NCBI GenBank assembly: GCA_001179505.1 | Contig: CDMY01000061.1 | Span: forward strand, 62,001 to 126,000 | Length of the DNA: 64,000 bases | Direction: 5' to 3' | Origin: Vitrella brassicaformis CCMP3155 | Taxonomy: Eukaryota; Protista; Chromerida | Shown here: positions 48,487 through 60,150 of the stretch, piece after piece | Layout: every line of letters begins with the position of its first letter | Numbering within the stretch: position 1 is the stretch's first letter | Notes under the pieces: generated by a model | Told to the model about the DNA's origin: nothing | The model's input: the letters and a program-made list of their open reading frames with translations, nothing else | Database searches by the model: none | Translations under genes and position numbers: made by a program

Positions 48487-51349
48487 TTATGTGCCCTGAA
48501 GAGCCTGAAGAGTCGTGCGCCGGCTCCTCAGTCGCTCGGCCATAGCGGGTGTCTTCGTCGTGGAGACGACCATGGACTCAAATCCGGGCGGGAGCAGGGT
48601 CCATCCCGTCGACTCGTAGAAGTCCCTACAAGTACATGACTTCGTGTCACACCAGACATGAAGCATGGAGGGGTCACACTCACCAGACGACGAGGTCCTT
48701 GGAGGCCTTTAGGCACCTTCCTGATCAGCGGTCCGCCTGTGGCCGGAGGGCTACGGCTATGTCGCAGACGTTGATGCCGACGAGCGCCACCTCAGTATCA
48801 CTGCCCCACTCGATCACGACGGCGAAGATAAGACTCACCACTGATGCACACCAGCACGCCGACTGAGTGTGGAGACACAATCACTCAGACGGCCGAATGC
48901 TTTACCTGAGTCGCGACGTATGGCATCAATGTCCGGCGCACACTTGAGGGTCATAAATGACCGCCACCAGAGTTTGTTGGTCACCATACGACACCCCTCC
49001 ATGGGGTCCCATCTGTCGCACACCTGACAACCGACGAACGGCGAGTGCATCGTGGCCTAGACAGTGTGGTGTACCTCGATTTCGTTGTAGTTGCTTCCGC
49101 GGAGATACAAAAGAGGTATGTCGATGTCCGTAGAGACCAAGATCAGGCGGTGAGTGGGGCTGGACCATTGAGCAGTGCCCCCGTCGCTGTATGACCCAGT
49201 GTCCTGCACACATGAGCAAGGCATCGAGTGGATACGTCCATATGTACTTTGTGTGCGCACCTTCCAGACCCGTCCCGCGTCTGCCACGAGTTGGTCAGCC
49301 TCGGCCGGACATAGATGGAGAGTCAGCTTGCCCGCCAGCCTGCCCTGGCCCGAATTGACATCCCTCACGCGCTGTCGGAACCAGTCCAGCAATGCAGACG
49401 GACACAGTCCAGCGATGCCAGATAGAAAGCTGGAAGGAAGTGATTCTCCTACCTTCACCATTTGCTTCATAAACCCCCGCTTCCTCTCTGCGTATTCTGC
49501 CGGGTCAACCGGCTTCCAGTACTTGATGCCGATGTCCCCGGCGTCGATCATCAGCAGCATCGCCGACTCAGGATGGTGCTCTACAAGTGGCTCCAGCGAC
49601 TTGAGCATCGTGTTGAAGCGTGGCATGCCGTCAACGAGCATGAGACCCCCTCTTTCCCCCGGCATCACGGTGTAGGCCTGACGGTGCACACAGCTGCTGT
49701 GTGCAAAATGCACACACGACGGAGACCCTTCCTTACGTCGACGACCACGAGGACCGGCATGTTTGACGTCAAATCCGCGATAGAGCGCTGGACGGCTTGG
49801 ACCTGCGGCCGAGTGTGACTCGTCAGACCCCTCCGGTCCGGTCGCCTCGTATTTGATTGTCGATGTCGTCCTCTCAGCTTCAACTTGGCCAACAGGCCGC
49901 TCATGTCTGTCAGTCACACAAAGCGTGCCGCGCGGTCCATCTGCCCGTCACACGCAGCCCACCTGAAAGCGCCGTCTTGACCTTGGCCACGTCGGCAGGG
50001 GTGACCTCTCTCCCACCCTCGCCCCAACCGAGTGCTATCGTCAGGGCGCCCTTGGCTCTGTCTTGGATGTCAAATTCCTCAGCGGCGGAGGTGCTCTGCT
50101 GGCCGTCGCCTTCGTCGTCGTCGCTCTCGTCCATGGGGACCTTGTCACCACCGAAGGCCCCAGCCTGGGACTGTCGGATCTGCTCGTACAGCTGGTTGAA
50201 GCCATGCTTTGCGCTCAAGCTTGGGTGCTGGTGGGCGAGGACAAAGAGCTGGTTCTTGATTTCTTGCATAATCATCGCGTTCTGACAGGCGAGTGATACT
50301 GTCAGCCCTGACGGCACAACTGTCGTTCTTACCCAGAAGAACCGGAAATTGGCAGTCTCCAGGCTCGTAGCCCAGTGTGGGCTGCACTTGATCGATTCGA
50401 GGAGTCAGCTGATTTCGCCTTCCTACATCGAGAACAGCCAAATCAAAGGAATGGATGTGACCTAGTATGGATGGCTCACTTCTGTGATGAGCCACTCCTC
50501 GCCAGACGAGGATGTGATTGACGCGAGACGGCTACGGGTGGTGGTGAGGAAGTTGCCAGCGGCCTCCTTCGCGCTCTGTGTGGTCGGCGCAGAAGCTCCC
50601 TCTTGTCGCATGAGGCGACGTCGGTGTGGGCATGCAAGGTTCATCTCAGAGGAGAGATGCACGCCCGCCGTGGTGAGATTGGACGGAGAGAGACCTGAAT
50701 ACGCGCAGAAGGGAAGCGATGCACTGCATAAGTGATGTAGGCGAACCACACTCACCAGCTTGTTGGGCGAGTGTCAGTATGGCGCCCCTGAGCGAAACGA
50801 CCTCATCGTATAGATCGGGCACGGAGGCATTGACTTGAGGGGGCACGGGCTCAGAGGCTGACACACACACACACACACACACACGTGTCGCACACAATGA
50901 GTACCACTGTGAGTGTGCGCCATATTGCTGTACCGGGAAGAAGGCCATAGCGCCGCAAAGTGAAGTTGAACCACCCATCGAAGCCGGGAGTGTCTCCAAG
51001 GGAGAAGCCAGATGGCAGCAAAGTCGTGTCTGGGGAAGGGCGGTCGTCAGTGCGATGCACGTCGCCATGGTTGTCTCTCGCGTCGGTTGACACCTCGCTC
51101 TTGTTGTCCAGACGGAACAAATTGGCGGCCTGACGAGTCACACCTCTGAGAGCCTCGCGTCCCACAACGGCAACTGCATGGAAGCAAGGACATGATGTTG
51201 TACTGTCGCGCGGGAGCTGCCATGTCCGCACCTGTGTCGGGAAGCACGGTGCAGATCGCACTCGTCAGCAGGAAGATGCAGCTAGATAAGGACACCATAA
51301 CAAAGCGCCTGAGAGCAGGCCGGCGAGGGGGCCGATCGTGACCCTCCAT
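48487..51349 (-). CDS. Multi-exon protein with XPG/FEN-type PIN-like nuclease motifs; 5' exons (signal-anchor-like) may belong to a separate gene
   Basis: Ordered motifs LMLVDGM, LLMIDAG, IKYWK..ERKR, CPAEADQL, LILVSTDIDIPLL, VCD, KASKDLVVW|DFYESTGW; stop TAA at 48487. ATG at 51349 gives RRFVMVSLSSCIFLLTSAICTV. The reading frame across 50430-50290 cannot be closed with normal-length introns. Confidence 0.5.
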
Positions 51350-51465
51350 CGACTGAAAGTACCCCGGCGACAAAGAGAGGAGCGACACACTGTACACAAG
51401 GGCCAACGGCCGATGTAAACAGAAAGGCGATACCGGATGCGCTCCGCGGGGGCAGGGTTGCGGTC

Positions 51466-53623
51466 GTGGTGGAAGTGGCCGAGATGCTGCCGCAGTGGGA
51501 GCTGGCGAACTTGCCATCATACGGCAAGTGTCTCCTCGTTTTTCCTGAGGGGACTTCAGGCATTACCCGCCAGCTGGCGTGTGCTGTGGTGCAAAGCGAT
51601 GTGGACGACGATACTATCGGCCGGCTCATCGATCAAGGCGCTGACCTTTCCGTGGTGATTCACATCATCCAGCTATATGGTGGTCGCGGGTATGAGTATC
51701 AAAAGGGTCTTTTGGACGCCGTCCCCTTTGCTCATTCCCGCTCTCCAATTGCAAGCCGCATCGTCATCAGACTGATCAAGCAAGGGGCATCCGTCACGGA
51801 TGCCAGCCTCGAGGATTTTGTGCGGAAGTCCCCCCTTCACGTGGCGCAGAGGATTGTCGCCTTCAGTCGGCCGAACGCATTCCTCGCTAGTTTCCGGCCC
51901 ACTGGCAGACTTTATTGGCCAGACGAAGACGAGAGACCCCTTGTCACCCTCCCTGACGGCAGTAGTCCCCAGACGAAACGTCTTGCAGTCGGTTTGAGCA
52001 ACGGCACCATTGAAGCGCAGGACGCCGACAAGCTGATCGGGCAGGGAGCGGATGCAAAGACAATCGTGGCCTTTCCTCCGTCGCGCTACAGCTTCCCACA
52101 GCATCCTCTTTCGCTCAGCCTCATCTCGCTTGCTCTGCGTTGTTCGGGTCGCATCTCGGCGGACGTCCTCAGCGTTTTGGTCAAACATGGGGCGGACATC
52201 GACCACGGCCATCCGATTGTGGAGGCTGTCGAGAAGCGCAAGTGGGAGTTGTGCCAGTCGCTGCTGTCCTTCAAGCCCTCGCTCACCGGCCTCACCCTGC
52301 TGCACAAGATTGCAGGACACAGTCTAAACGAAACGACGGGAGCTTTGGTGCTGTCGCTGGTGCAGACAATGATTGAGATGGATAGCTCCATCCTCAACGA
52401 GAAGAACGAGTACGGGAGGAAGCCCCTACACGTCTTCTGCGGAGACCCCCTAGCCAACGCCTCTCTGCAACAGCAGCTACTCGCGATTCTAGTCAATACG
52501 GCCGGGCGTGAGAGCCTGTTGGAGCCGGATGAACCCGACGATGACGAGAAGGGATGGAGACCATTCCATTATGCAGTTTCGTCGTTGTGCATGACAATGG
52601 TCGACTGGCTGTTCAAGCAAGACCCACACGTGATACATCACATCAATGAGACGATATCGACTGATCCCGAGAGGACCATCTTGGGTCACCTGACGCGTGA
52701 AGCAGTGGATGAGTGGGACTCTTTTTTGCCGCCAGAGAGGCATGCCCCGAAGTCGCTGATGATGATGCGAAGGCTCCTGAAGTGGGGAGGTACGCATCGC
52801 ATCTACCAGGGAGTGTGTGTTCGTGGGTCTGTGCGACGACTAAACGGATCATGTCTTGTCCTGTCCTGTCCCGTGTGCATGTGTGTGCGCAGCGTCTGTG
52901 TCACTGGCCTCTGGCCCTGATGGATTTGACGAGGATGAGACGAGAGAGGCGAGATTCCTCAAGACAGCCTATGGCGTGCACCTGAGCATAGATCTGCCGG
53001 ACAACATCCTCCACTGCATCAACGACGTTCTCCGCCCCACGCGATCAATCCTGGCGTCCCTCACCCAGTGCATCCCCCTCACCGCCAACAAGACACTCCG
53101 CCTCCCATCCGACACCATCCACCACATCAGTGGTTTCCTCACCTCGTGGTGGGTCCCCAGGATCGGCGAGGACCATTTCCGCACCGAGATACAAGGCATC
53201 GTGCATCACTTTGTCAGCAGCGCCCACAAGATCGTGCTGTCCGGCGGCAGCAATCGGGCCGTGGCGCGCGACCACGTGCGACTCTTCTGCATCCGCGGAC
53301 AACACATGGGGCTGCGCGAGGTGCTGGACGCCTGCATCAGGGAGGAGGGGCAGAGGTGGGGCGTCGCCACACGCTTCCCGGGCCTGCCGACATTCACCGA
53401 GAGTTTGCGCAGGCTGCCGGCCCTGCCGCAGAGGGACTTTGAGGCCATCGAGAGGATGAAGGTGCTGCAGGAGGTCGCAGGGGCCTGTGAGCTGCGCAAT
53501 GCTGAGCTGCGGCTGGAGGTGGATAGGCTGCAGCATGAGCTGCGTGCTGTCAAGGAAGAGCTGATGCGATGGGTTCTGAGTAGAGCAGGGGGATTAGAGG
53601 GGGGAGGGTTAGCGACTCATTGA
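51466..53623 (+). CDS. Ankyrin-repeat-like protein of a lineage-expanded family, 2 exons
   Basis: LIDQGAD, LIKQGASV, LVKHGADIDHGHPIVEAV, GLTLLHKIA, NEKNEYGRKPLHVFC, KGWRPFHYAV. A phase-1 intron at about 52790-52872 joins ORFs 51466..52920 and 52856..53623; C-terminal coiled-coil tail. Confidence 0.8.
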
Positions 53624-54197
53624 TTGATTGATATGGCTGATTGATAACTTTATTCATCGGTTGGTCGGTCGGTTCATCGACGAGTCGACCGAGTATCTAA
53701 TTCGGGCCGTCTTGTTGCTGTTGTCGCTGTTGTTTGTGGTGGTAATTATGTATGTGTGGTCGTTTGTCACTTTTGGGTGCGTCATTGTTGTTGTTGCTGT
53801 GTGTGGCGATATGTGGCTGACTGATCGACCGCACATGCAGTTTTTTCGACAGAGAGGCAATTCAGTCTCTCGAAACACCTAATTGTTAACTTTATTGGAC
53901 CGTGTTGGATGGATGGACATTGATAAAAGAGCCATGCATCGATCGCATCGGTCGATCTCGATCAGTCAACCAACCAACACGAGTCAGTCTCTCATCCATC
54001 AACAGCACCTGCGTCTTACCCTGCTCTATACAAGGAATGTTTGTTCAAATCATCCCAGCACTACACTGACAGCTGGTCAAGGCAAAACAGCCGCTTGAAG
54101 GTCCCACTAGGAAAGCAGATCGACTACCCGCCCCCCCGCCCTCACCCCACAGTACAAAACAAGGGCCAAGTCGCTTGACCAAATACGGGGCAGAAAG

Positions 54198-55814
54198 TCA
54201 GAGAGGCGGCTCAGATCGGCTGAGGTTTTGCTGCTGGCCGTGTGGGTGTTGCTGTGTGCCGGTGGTGGGTCCGCTGCTCTTGCTCATGGCGTTGCTGATG
54301 GCACTCATGCCGGACGCAATTCCTGAGCCAATCTGCAGCGATCAAAACAGGCACCCGATCAAATCACCCACCCTTGCGTGTCTGTGTGTATGGATGGATG
54401 GATGCACGGCTGTGTGTTTTGCGGGTAGGGTGGCAGGCAGGTCGCTGTGCTGGCCTCTCTGCCTGTCTGTCTGTCTGTCTTTCTACCAGTTGGGTGGCTG
54501 TCTTGGCTCCCTCTGTTACCCTGTCGGTGATGTGATATTTCTGCTCGGCCTCCTTGGCCTTGTCTCCCACCCACTGGAAGCCCTTGCCCACCTTCTCACC
54601 GATCTGCACACACAGACAGTCACACACACACGTGAGGAGGGACAGGTTCGTGACCATGTGCACACAAACTGCTGCTGCTGCTCACATGGTGTTTCTGCTC
54701 GAAGTCAACCGCCTTGTTGTAGGTGGCTTTGGCGGCCTCTGTCGTCTTTTCCGTGATGTCTGAACCAACGAACGAAGACCACACACACACACACACACAT
54801 GTATTGGGTCCGTCAAGCGGCCTGCCACATCTCAAAAATTGTCACGATATCTCTGATTCATCTCCTTGGTCTTGTCCACTGCACCTAGGGCCCCCTGACC
54901 CACACCACGCGCCACCTCCCCTGCCTGGTCATCGAAATGCACACACACGGCACACACGTGTGTGCACCTCAACCCACTCTCACGTGTGGTTTTCCGTTGT
55001 CGTTTCGGTCACCTTGTCGCCCCTGGTGGCGGCATAGGCAGCTCCCGCGCCGCCGGCCACCAGCCCCAGAGGCCCCAACAGCAGGCCACCAGCCACGGCA
55101 CCGATGGCGCCTGCAGCGGCCATTGTCTTGACACCGCCCGCCCGCTGTGCAGCACTCTCAGCCGATGCAGCCAAGGCTGATTGACAGTCACCAGACATCA
55201 CACACACAGCCATTGTAAGTGGGAAGGTGGCACTTTGTTCTCTCTGCTCTCCTCTGGCCCTTTTTGGTACCGTACCCATTGCGGCATTGGAGTATCGTAT
55301 CTGCGCGTTTCAGTGTCGATTCAGGCGACCAAAAGACGGACGAGCGCGTAATGTTTGGTATGGTGTCAGTGTGGTTCCATTCATGTGTATGTGATGTGTA
55401 CCTGCTGCTCGAGGGGCACCTGGTCGGCCGCGGCCGGTCTGGCGCCCCACCCTCCTGTGGCCTGCTGCTCCAAGTAGGTGACTCGGTTGAGTATCTGCTG
55501 CTGGTGCTCCTTGAGAGCCTGGTAGTCGGAGCTCTCGGGCGACAGGGTGCGGGCGGCTTGCTCCAGCATGTTGACGGCCTGTCGATACTTCTGAACTCAA
55601 AGCAGGTAGACACTGCACACCACGTGCGGCACGTGTGGTGTGTGACCACTTCACTTGCCTCGATGGCTGGGCGCAACTGGCCCTGCCTGTCGTGGTCCAT
55701 GGCTTGGCTGGTGACCTGGTCGCACTGGTTGAGCACCTGACAAGAGAAACACACAAAACACACGTGTGCTCGTTTCTTTCGTTTCTTTGGCCGACGCACC
55801 GATGAGAGGTCCAT
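54198..55814 (-). CDS. MIT-domain protein with glycine zipper and LEA/senescence-like helical repeats (spartin-like architecture)
   Basis: MDLSS|VLNQCDQVTSQAMDHDRQGQLRPAIE|KYRQAVNMLEQAA...LKEHQQQILNRVTYLE (MIT); AAGAIGAVAGGLLLGPLGLVAGGAGAAYAATRGDK; KTTEAAKATYNKAVDFEQKH; KAKEAEQKYHITDRV. Stop at 54198. Confidence 0.75.
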
Positions 55815-55925
55815 CTGGCAGCCCGGGCTTGTCGTTTTCAGAAAAAAGAGGAGACCGTCAGAGCTCTGGGAGATTCCTGTTGCGTGTTGTTCGTTTGATT
55901 CTGCGTGCAGGAAACTGGACCAGGC

Positions 55926-55951
55926 TTTAGGACATTGCGTGAAACCGCTCT
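55926..55951 (+). promoter_or_regulatory. Copy of shared promoter element (TTTAGGACATTGCGTGAAACCGCTCT)
   Basis: 26-bp exact match to the reverse complement of 60351-60376; lies between divergent ATGs 55814 and 56088. Confidence 0.75.
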
Positions 55952-56087
55952 GCCAGAGCGCTGGAGCTCGCAGGCGACTTTGCCTCGAACCGCTTCAAAC
56001 GTTTCGTCCGCGAGAAGTTTGAAGATCTCAGCCGATCGCAGCTTTCTGGACGAATAGACAGCGTCTGAAGCAGGGTTTCCTTTCACC

Positions 56088-57120
56088 ATGCCGGCCACTG
56101 TGAGCCGGGTGCGGATGCCTGCGGACAACAGGTACCACGAGGGAGGGCGACCAAACGGGCACAGACACACCTGGGCGTCGTCCATGCCCCTGTGGACGTC
56201 GTCCGCTACTTGCTGAACGTCTGTGTCGTATCGGTGTTTTGTTGTCTGTCTTCAGGCTAAGCGTGTCGGATTCGCTCAAGACAACACCAATCTGGGTGAG
56301 GAGAGGCACGCAGAGGGCGCACGAGGACACCCAAGTGACGTCTTTGCCTCCGTGTGTGTGTGTGTGTGATGGTAGCAAATAATTGGTCACGTCCCGTATG
56401 AGCCGGAAGACCAGAAGAAGGAAGTGGAGGACGAGGCCGCCATCAGTGAGAAGGCCAAGGGCCTCTTCGCCCTCGCTCGACTCACCGGCAACTCCAGCAG
56501 CGTCACACCTGGCGCATGTCGCAAAATGCAGACAGCGTACGCAGACAGACGCCACTCTCACACAGATGCCCGTCCTTTCCAACACGTGTCGTCGTATCGT
56601 GTCCCTGCAGTTGGTCATTTGGCGCATCAGTGCCGCAACCTGGTGGCGTTGAAGCAGAGCGGTGCGGAGGATAAGGCCAAGAAGTCGTCCAGCCCCGCCG
56701 AGAGGGTGGCCTCGGATGACGAGGACGAGGAGGAAGTGGTAATTAAGAGAGCCGATTAATGACCAACCGATGCACCCACCAGTGTGTGCTGAACTCGTGT
56801 GTCTGTGTGTGTCTGTGTGTTGTTGTTGTCTGTTGCGTGCAGGATGACGTCCGCAGTGAGTCCGGCAGCTCGTCCTCTTCCTCATCGGACAGCGAGGAGG
56901 GTAAGCCACATCACACAACACACACACGCACTCACGAGAGGAGGCGATATCCGGTGTCAACGTGTGTGTTGCTGTGTGTGTGTCTACCTGCCCACCATCA
57001 GAGCGTCGCCGCCGGAAGCGCAAGCGCGAGAAGAAGAAGAAGAAGAAGAAGCACAAGAAGTCGCGGAGCAAGGAGAAGCACAGGTCCAAGAAGCGGCGAT
57101 GCAGGGACGACTCGGGCTAG
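56088..57120 (+). CDS. CXIP4/SREK1IP1-like CCHC zinc-knuckle protein with Ser/Lys/Arg-rich tail (assembly carries an apparent +1 frameshift)
   Basis: MPATVSRVRMPADNR...IW|QIIGHVPY...GLFALARLTG...GAC...GHLAHQCRN matches plant CXIP4 as I recall it (MPATAGRVRMPANNR...GLLALARITG...C..CG..GHL..QCRN). RS/K-rich last exon; stop at 57120. Confidence 0.85.
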
Positions 57121-58414
57121 CCAGCCTATCGGATACCTCACTCAGGGGGTGTGGGAGTGGGGGTGTAGACAGACGGAACGGGAGAGACGGGCGGTGTATT
57201 TTTGCGCTCGTGCAGCCGTTGGTGTGTGTGCTGTTGAATGAATAATGAATGGAGTGGGATGGAGTGATTGCCTCATCTCATGGGTGGTGGGCTGGGCTGC
57301 CTTGCCTTCCTCGCCTTGCTTTGCTTGCTCTTTGCGTTTGCCTGTGTATCTGTGTCTGTGTCCGTGTCTGAGCATGCCTGATTGACTGTACAGAGACAAA
57401 GAGGTGAATCCCACATGTGTGTGTGTGCGTGTGCTGCGTGCACCCGCGGCCTGTCGATACTTCGTGGTGTGTGCCTGAGGGGACTTATGTATTTGCCAGA
57501 TGCACGTGAGTGGGTGAGCCTCGAAAGCAGTAATGTCGTCTTGCAGTGAGTAAGAACAACCTCACACGACCCCCCTTCCTTGACCCACTCCACTCCTCCT
57601 TTCTCGCCCCACTGCCTACTGATTCAGTTGCAAGATCGCCATACAGACCGACACCACAGAGGGGCTGGCAGACAGACAGACAGACAGACCGATAGGCAGG
57701 CAGACCGATAGGCAGGCAGGCAGACACACGGCACAGATGTGTGGCGAGTCCCAACTGGTGCCCACTCAAAAAAATCACTCACGCCCCTCTCCCCTCTCCC
57801 CCCTCCGCCTCCCTCCCTCCCTCCCTCCACGAGTGAATTGCGAAGAAGAGAGCCTTGTATCATGATGATGGAAAAATGGGGCCGCCACACCACGTATGGT
57901 GTGCACACTCCCCGCTGCGATCACCACCTGACGGCCTCACTTCTTTCTTTCACCTGCCGCACCGCATATCAATTCAGTTCAATCAAGGAAGGAGGCCCAC
58001 ATTCATTCATTCATTGAGCGATATCGCCGGCCAGACACACATACACGTGCAAGCACGTATGTATACATGAAAAACTGTGTTGACGAACGAGCCAGCCAGC
58101 CAGCCAGCCAGCGAGAAAGATCTAGACTGTGGTACTCAGCGCGCCGCAAAAATGTACCACATGCACTACGCAGACACCCCACCCCACCCACCAGAGCACC
58201 CCACCCCACCACATCAGAAAAACGCAGCAGCATTACGTACGGATCGGGCATGACAGAAAAACCGCCGCCGTCCTCTCTCTTCTCTACCTCTCGTCTCGTA
58301 TGTATAGCGATGGTACCAACCAACTGATATGCACACTATGGACACACAATACGATAGATACGCCCTGTGTGGCGTATCGATCGATCGGGCTCTCTCCCTC
58401 TGTCTGCTGCCACG

Positions 58415-59030
58415 CTACCCACCCGCCCTGCGATTGTTGGGACCGGTGGTTTTGGCGTTGAACGCCTCGGCCTTCTGCACATCCTCGTTGTGCCCCAGCC
58501 ACTCCACGATGGCCTTGTTCACCTCGTCAGGACGCTGAACACACACCACAACACTCACACACAACAGATGTGATGTGGCATCCAGTGTGGCCTTATATCA
58601 TCCGGCGCGCCTTCACCTCACCTCGTCCATGGGGCAGTGTCCCGTTCCATCGAGCACTTGCAGCTCCACACGAGGGTTGTACCGTGGGAATGACGTCCCG
58701 GGATGCCGCCCACGGTCCAGCGGTGTCCACGGGTCGTCTCTGCCCCAAAGGGCCAGGATGGGCACGTCCAGGTCCTTGAGGACCTCCTCAGGCGTCGGGC
58801 CGGCCGGGCCTCGCAGGATGCGTAGGAAGACGCTGACGGCGTTCTCGTCGCGGGACGGGCCGAGGAGGGTCTCCATGAGCTCTGGTGTGACGGCCTCCTT
58901 GACGGCATACACCTGGCTGAGCGTTTGCTTGAGGTTCGTGGGGTCGCGGACCTGCACACACACACGGACGGTACACACGGACGGGAAGAGATGAGTGGAA
59001 TGGCACGTGATGTGTGGTGTGATGCATTCA

Positions 59031-59063
<33 letters not shown>

Positions 59064-60150
59064 GGTTGCCCTTCCTCCATCCCTCTCCCCAGCCCACCCG
59101 ATCGAATAGCCGTGGTCCCAGCCAGTCGCTGAATAGTATGTTCTGCACTAAGAACCACAGCGGCCGACCCCACAGTGGCAAATCCTCATAGCGCACTGTC
59201 GTCAGACCACCCGCACTGTTGAGCACTGCAGTTCACCCACACACACGATGGATGACAACACGTGGTGTGACACAGATGCATAGGCACACCATGAGGAGCA
59301 TAGCACACGCGTGTGAGCTCACGTACATATGACGGCAGCGCAGTCGTCCTTGAGTGTCTGGGCGGTCATCATTGAGATGAGGCCGCCGATGGAGTTGCCG
59401 CCGACAACCCACTTCTCGCCCGGGAAGCGGCTCTTGTCCCGTATGAAGTCCACCAGCAGCTCAGAGAAGAGCTCCAGCGTGTAGCTCAGCGACGGCTTGT
59501 CAGACGCACCAAAGCCTGATGGATGGCACACACACCACCACACACAGCACACCAACCATACACGGACACAGCTCCTGGATGGTGCAGTGCAGTGCTGTGG
59601 TGTGCTGACCGAGTAGGTCGATGGCATACACCCGATAGCCCGCCGCAGCGAGGGCATCGATGTTGTAGAGAAAGTGGTTGACATTGGCGCCAAACCCATG
59701 GATCAGCAGGAGGGGCGTCCCCCTGTCGTCCCCCTCCACCCTGTAATTCACCTTGTAGTCACGCCACCGCCATGCATGGTACTTGCGCTGCGGGAAGGAC
59801 GCCGGGTCCTCTGACAGGTTCTTCTCTCGCCGCGGCAAGAAGACCGTCTGGCCTTTCACTCGCGCCTCCACGCCGCTGGTGAGTGCCGGAGTGACGGCTG
59901 CGAGGGGGATAGAGCTGGTCTTGGACGTCATGTACGGCCGCACCAGGACGGTCTCGTGGTGTGGCGGGGCGGCCAGGTCGATGTGTGAATGCGATCTGAG
60001 GACGAATGCGCTGGCGACGGTGTGGTGAAAGAGAGACGATAACAGGGGGGACGAGTCCTTGAGGGTGGGGACGAGAAGCAGCGTGCAGATGAGGGGGAGA
60101 GCTACGGAGGTGCAGACGAGCAGGTGGTGCAGGTGGCTGAAGCTCCGCAT
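58415..60150 (-). CDS. Plastid-targeted alpha/beta-hydrolase of the pheophytinase/cyanobacterial-type family
   Basis: Hydrophobic signal plus VASAFV motif; PLLLIHGFGAN...YAIDLL|GFGASDKP; nucleophile elbow GNSIGG; LNSAGG; LWGRDDPW (Asp); GHCPMDE|RPDEVN (His). Confidence 0.9.

Noticed and set aside
49081-49160. STDID as the DxD motif of a type II Golgi glycosyltransferase
   Set aside because: Considered because of the upstream signal-anchor exons, but the additional ordered VDG, ID, K..R and EAD motifs fit a PIN/XPG fold better; not excluded without structure prediction.
46100-53700. Intact autonomous transposon with terminal inverted repeats
   Set aside because: No TIRs, target-site duplications or complete DDE/RT domain could be identified by eye, and the XPG-like gene is heavily intron-interrupted.
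57026-57059. (AAG)n trinucleotide run as an unstable repeat locus
   Set aside because: It encodes the poly-Lys stretch expected in the basic tail of CXIP4/SREK1IP1-like proteins.
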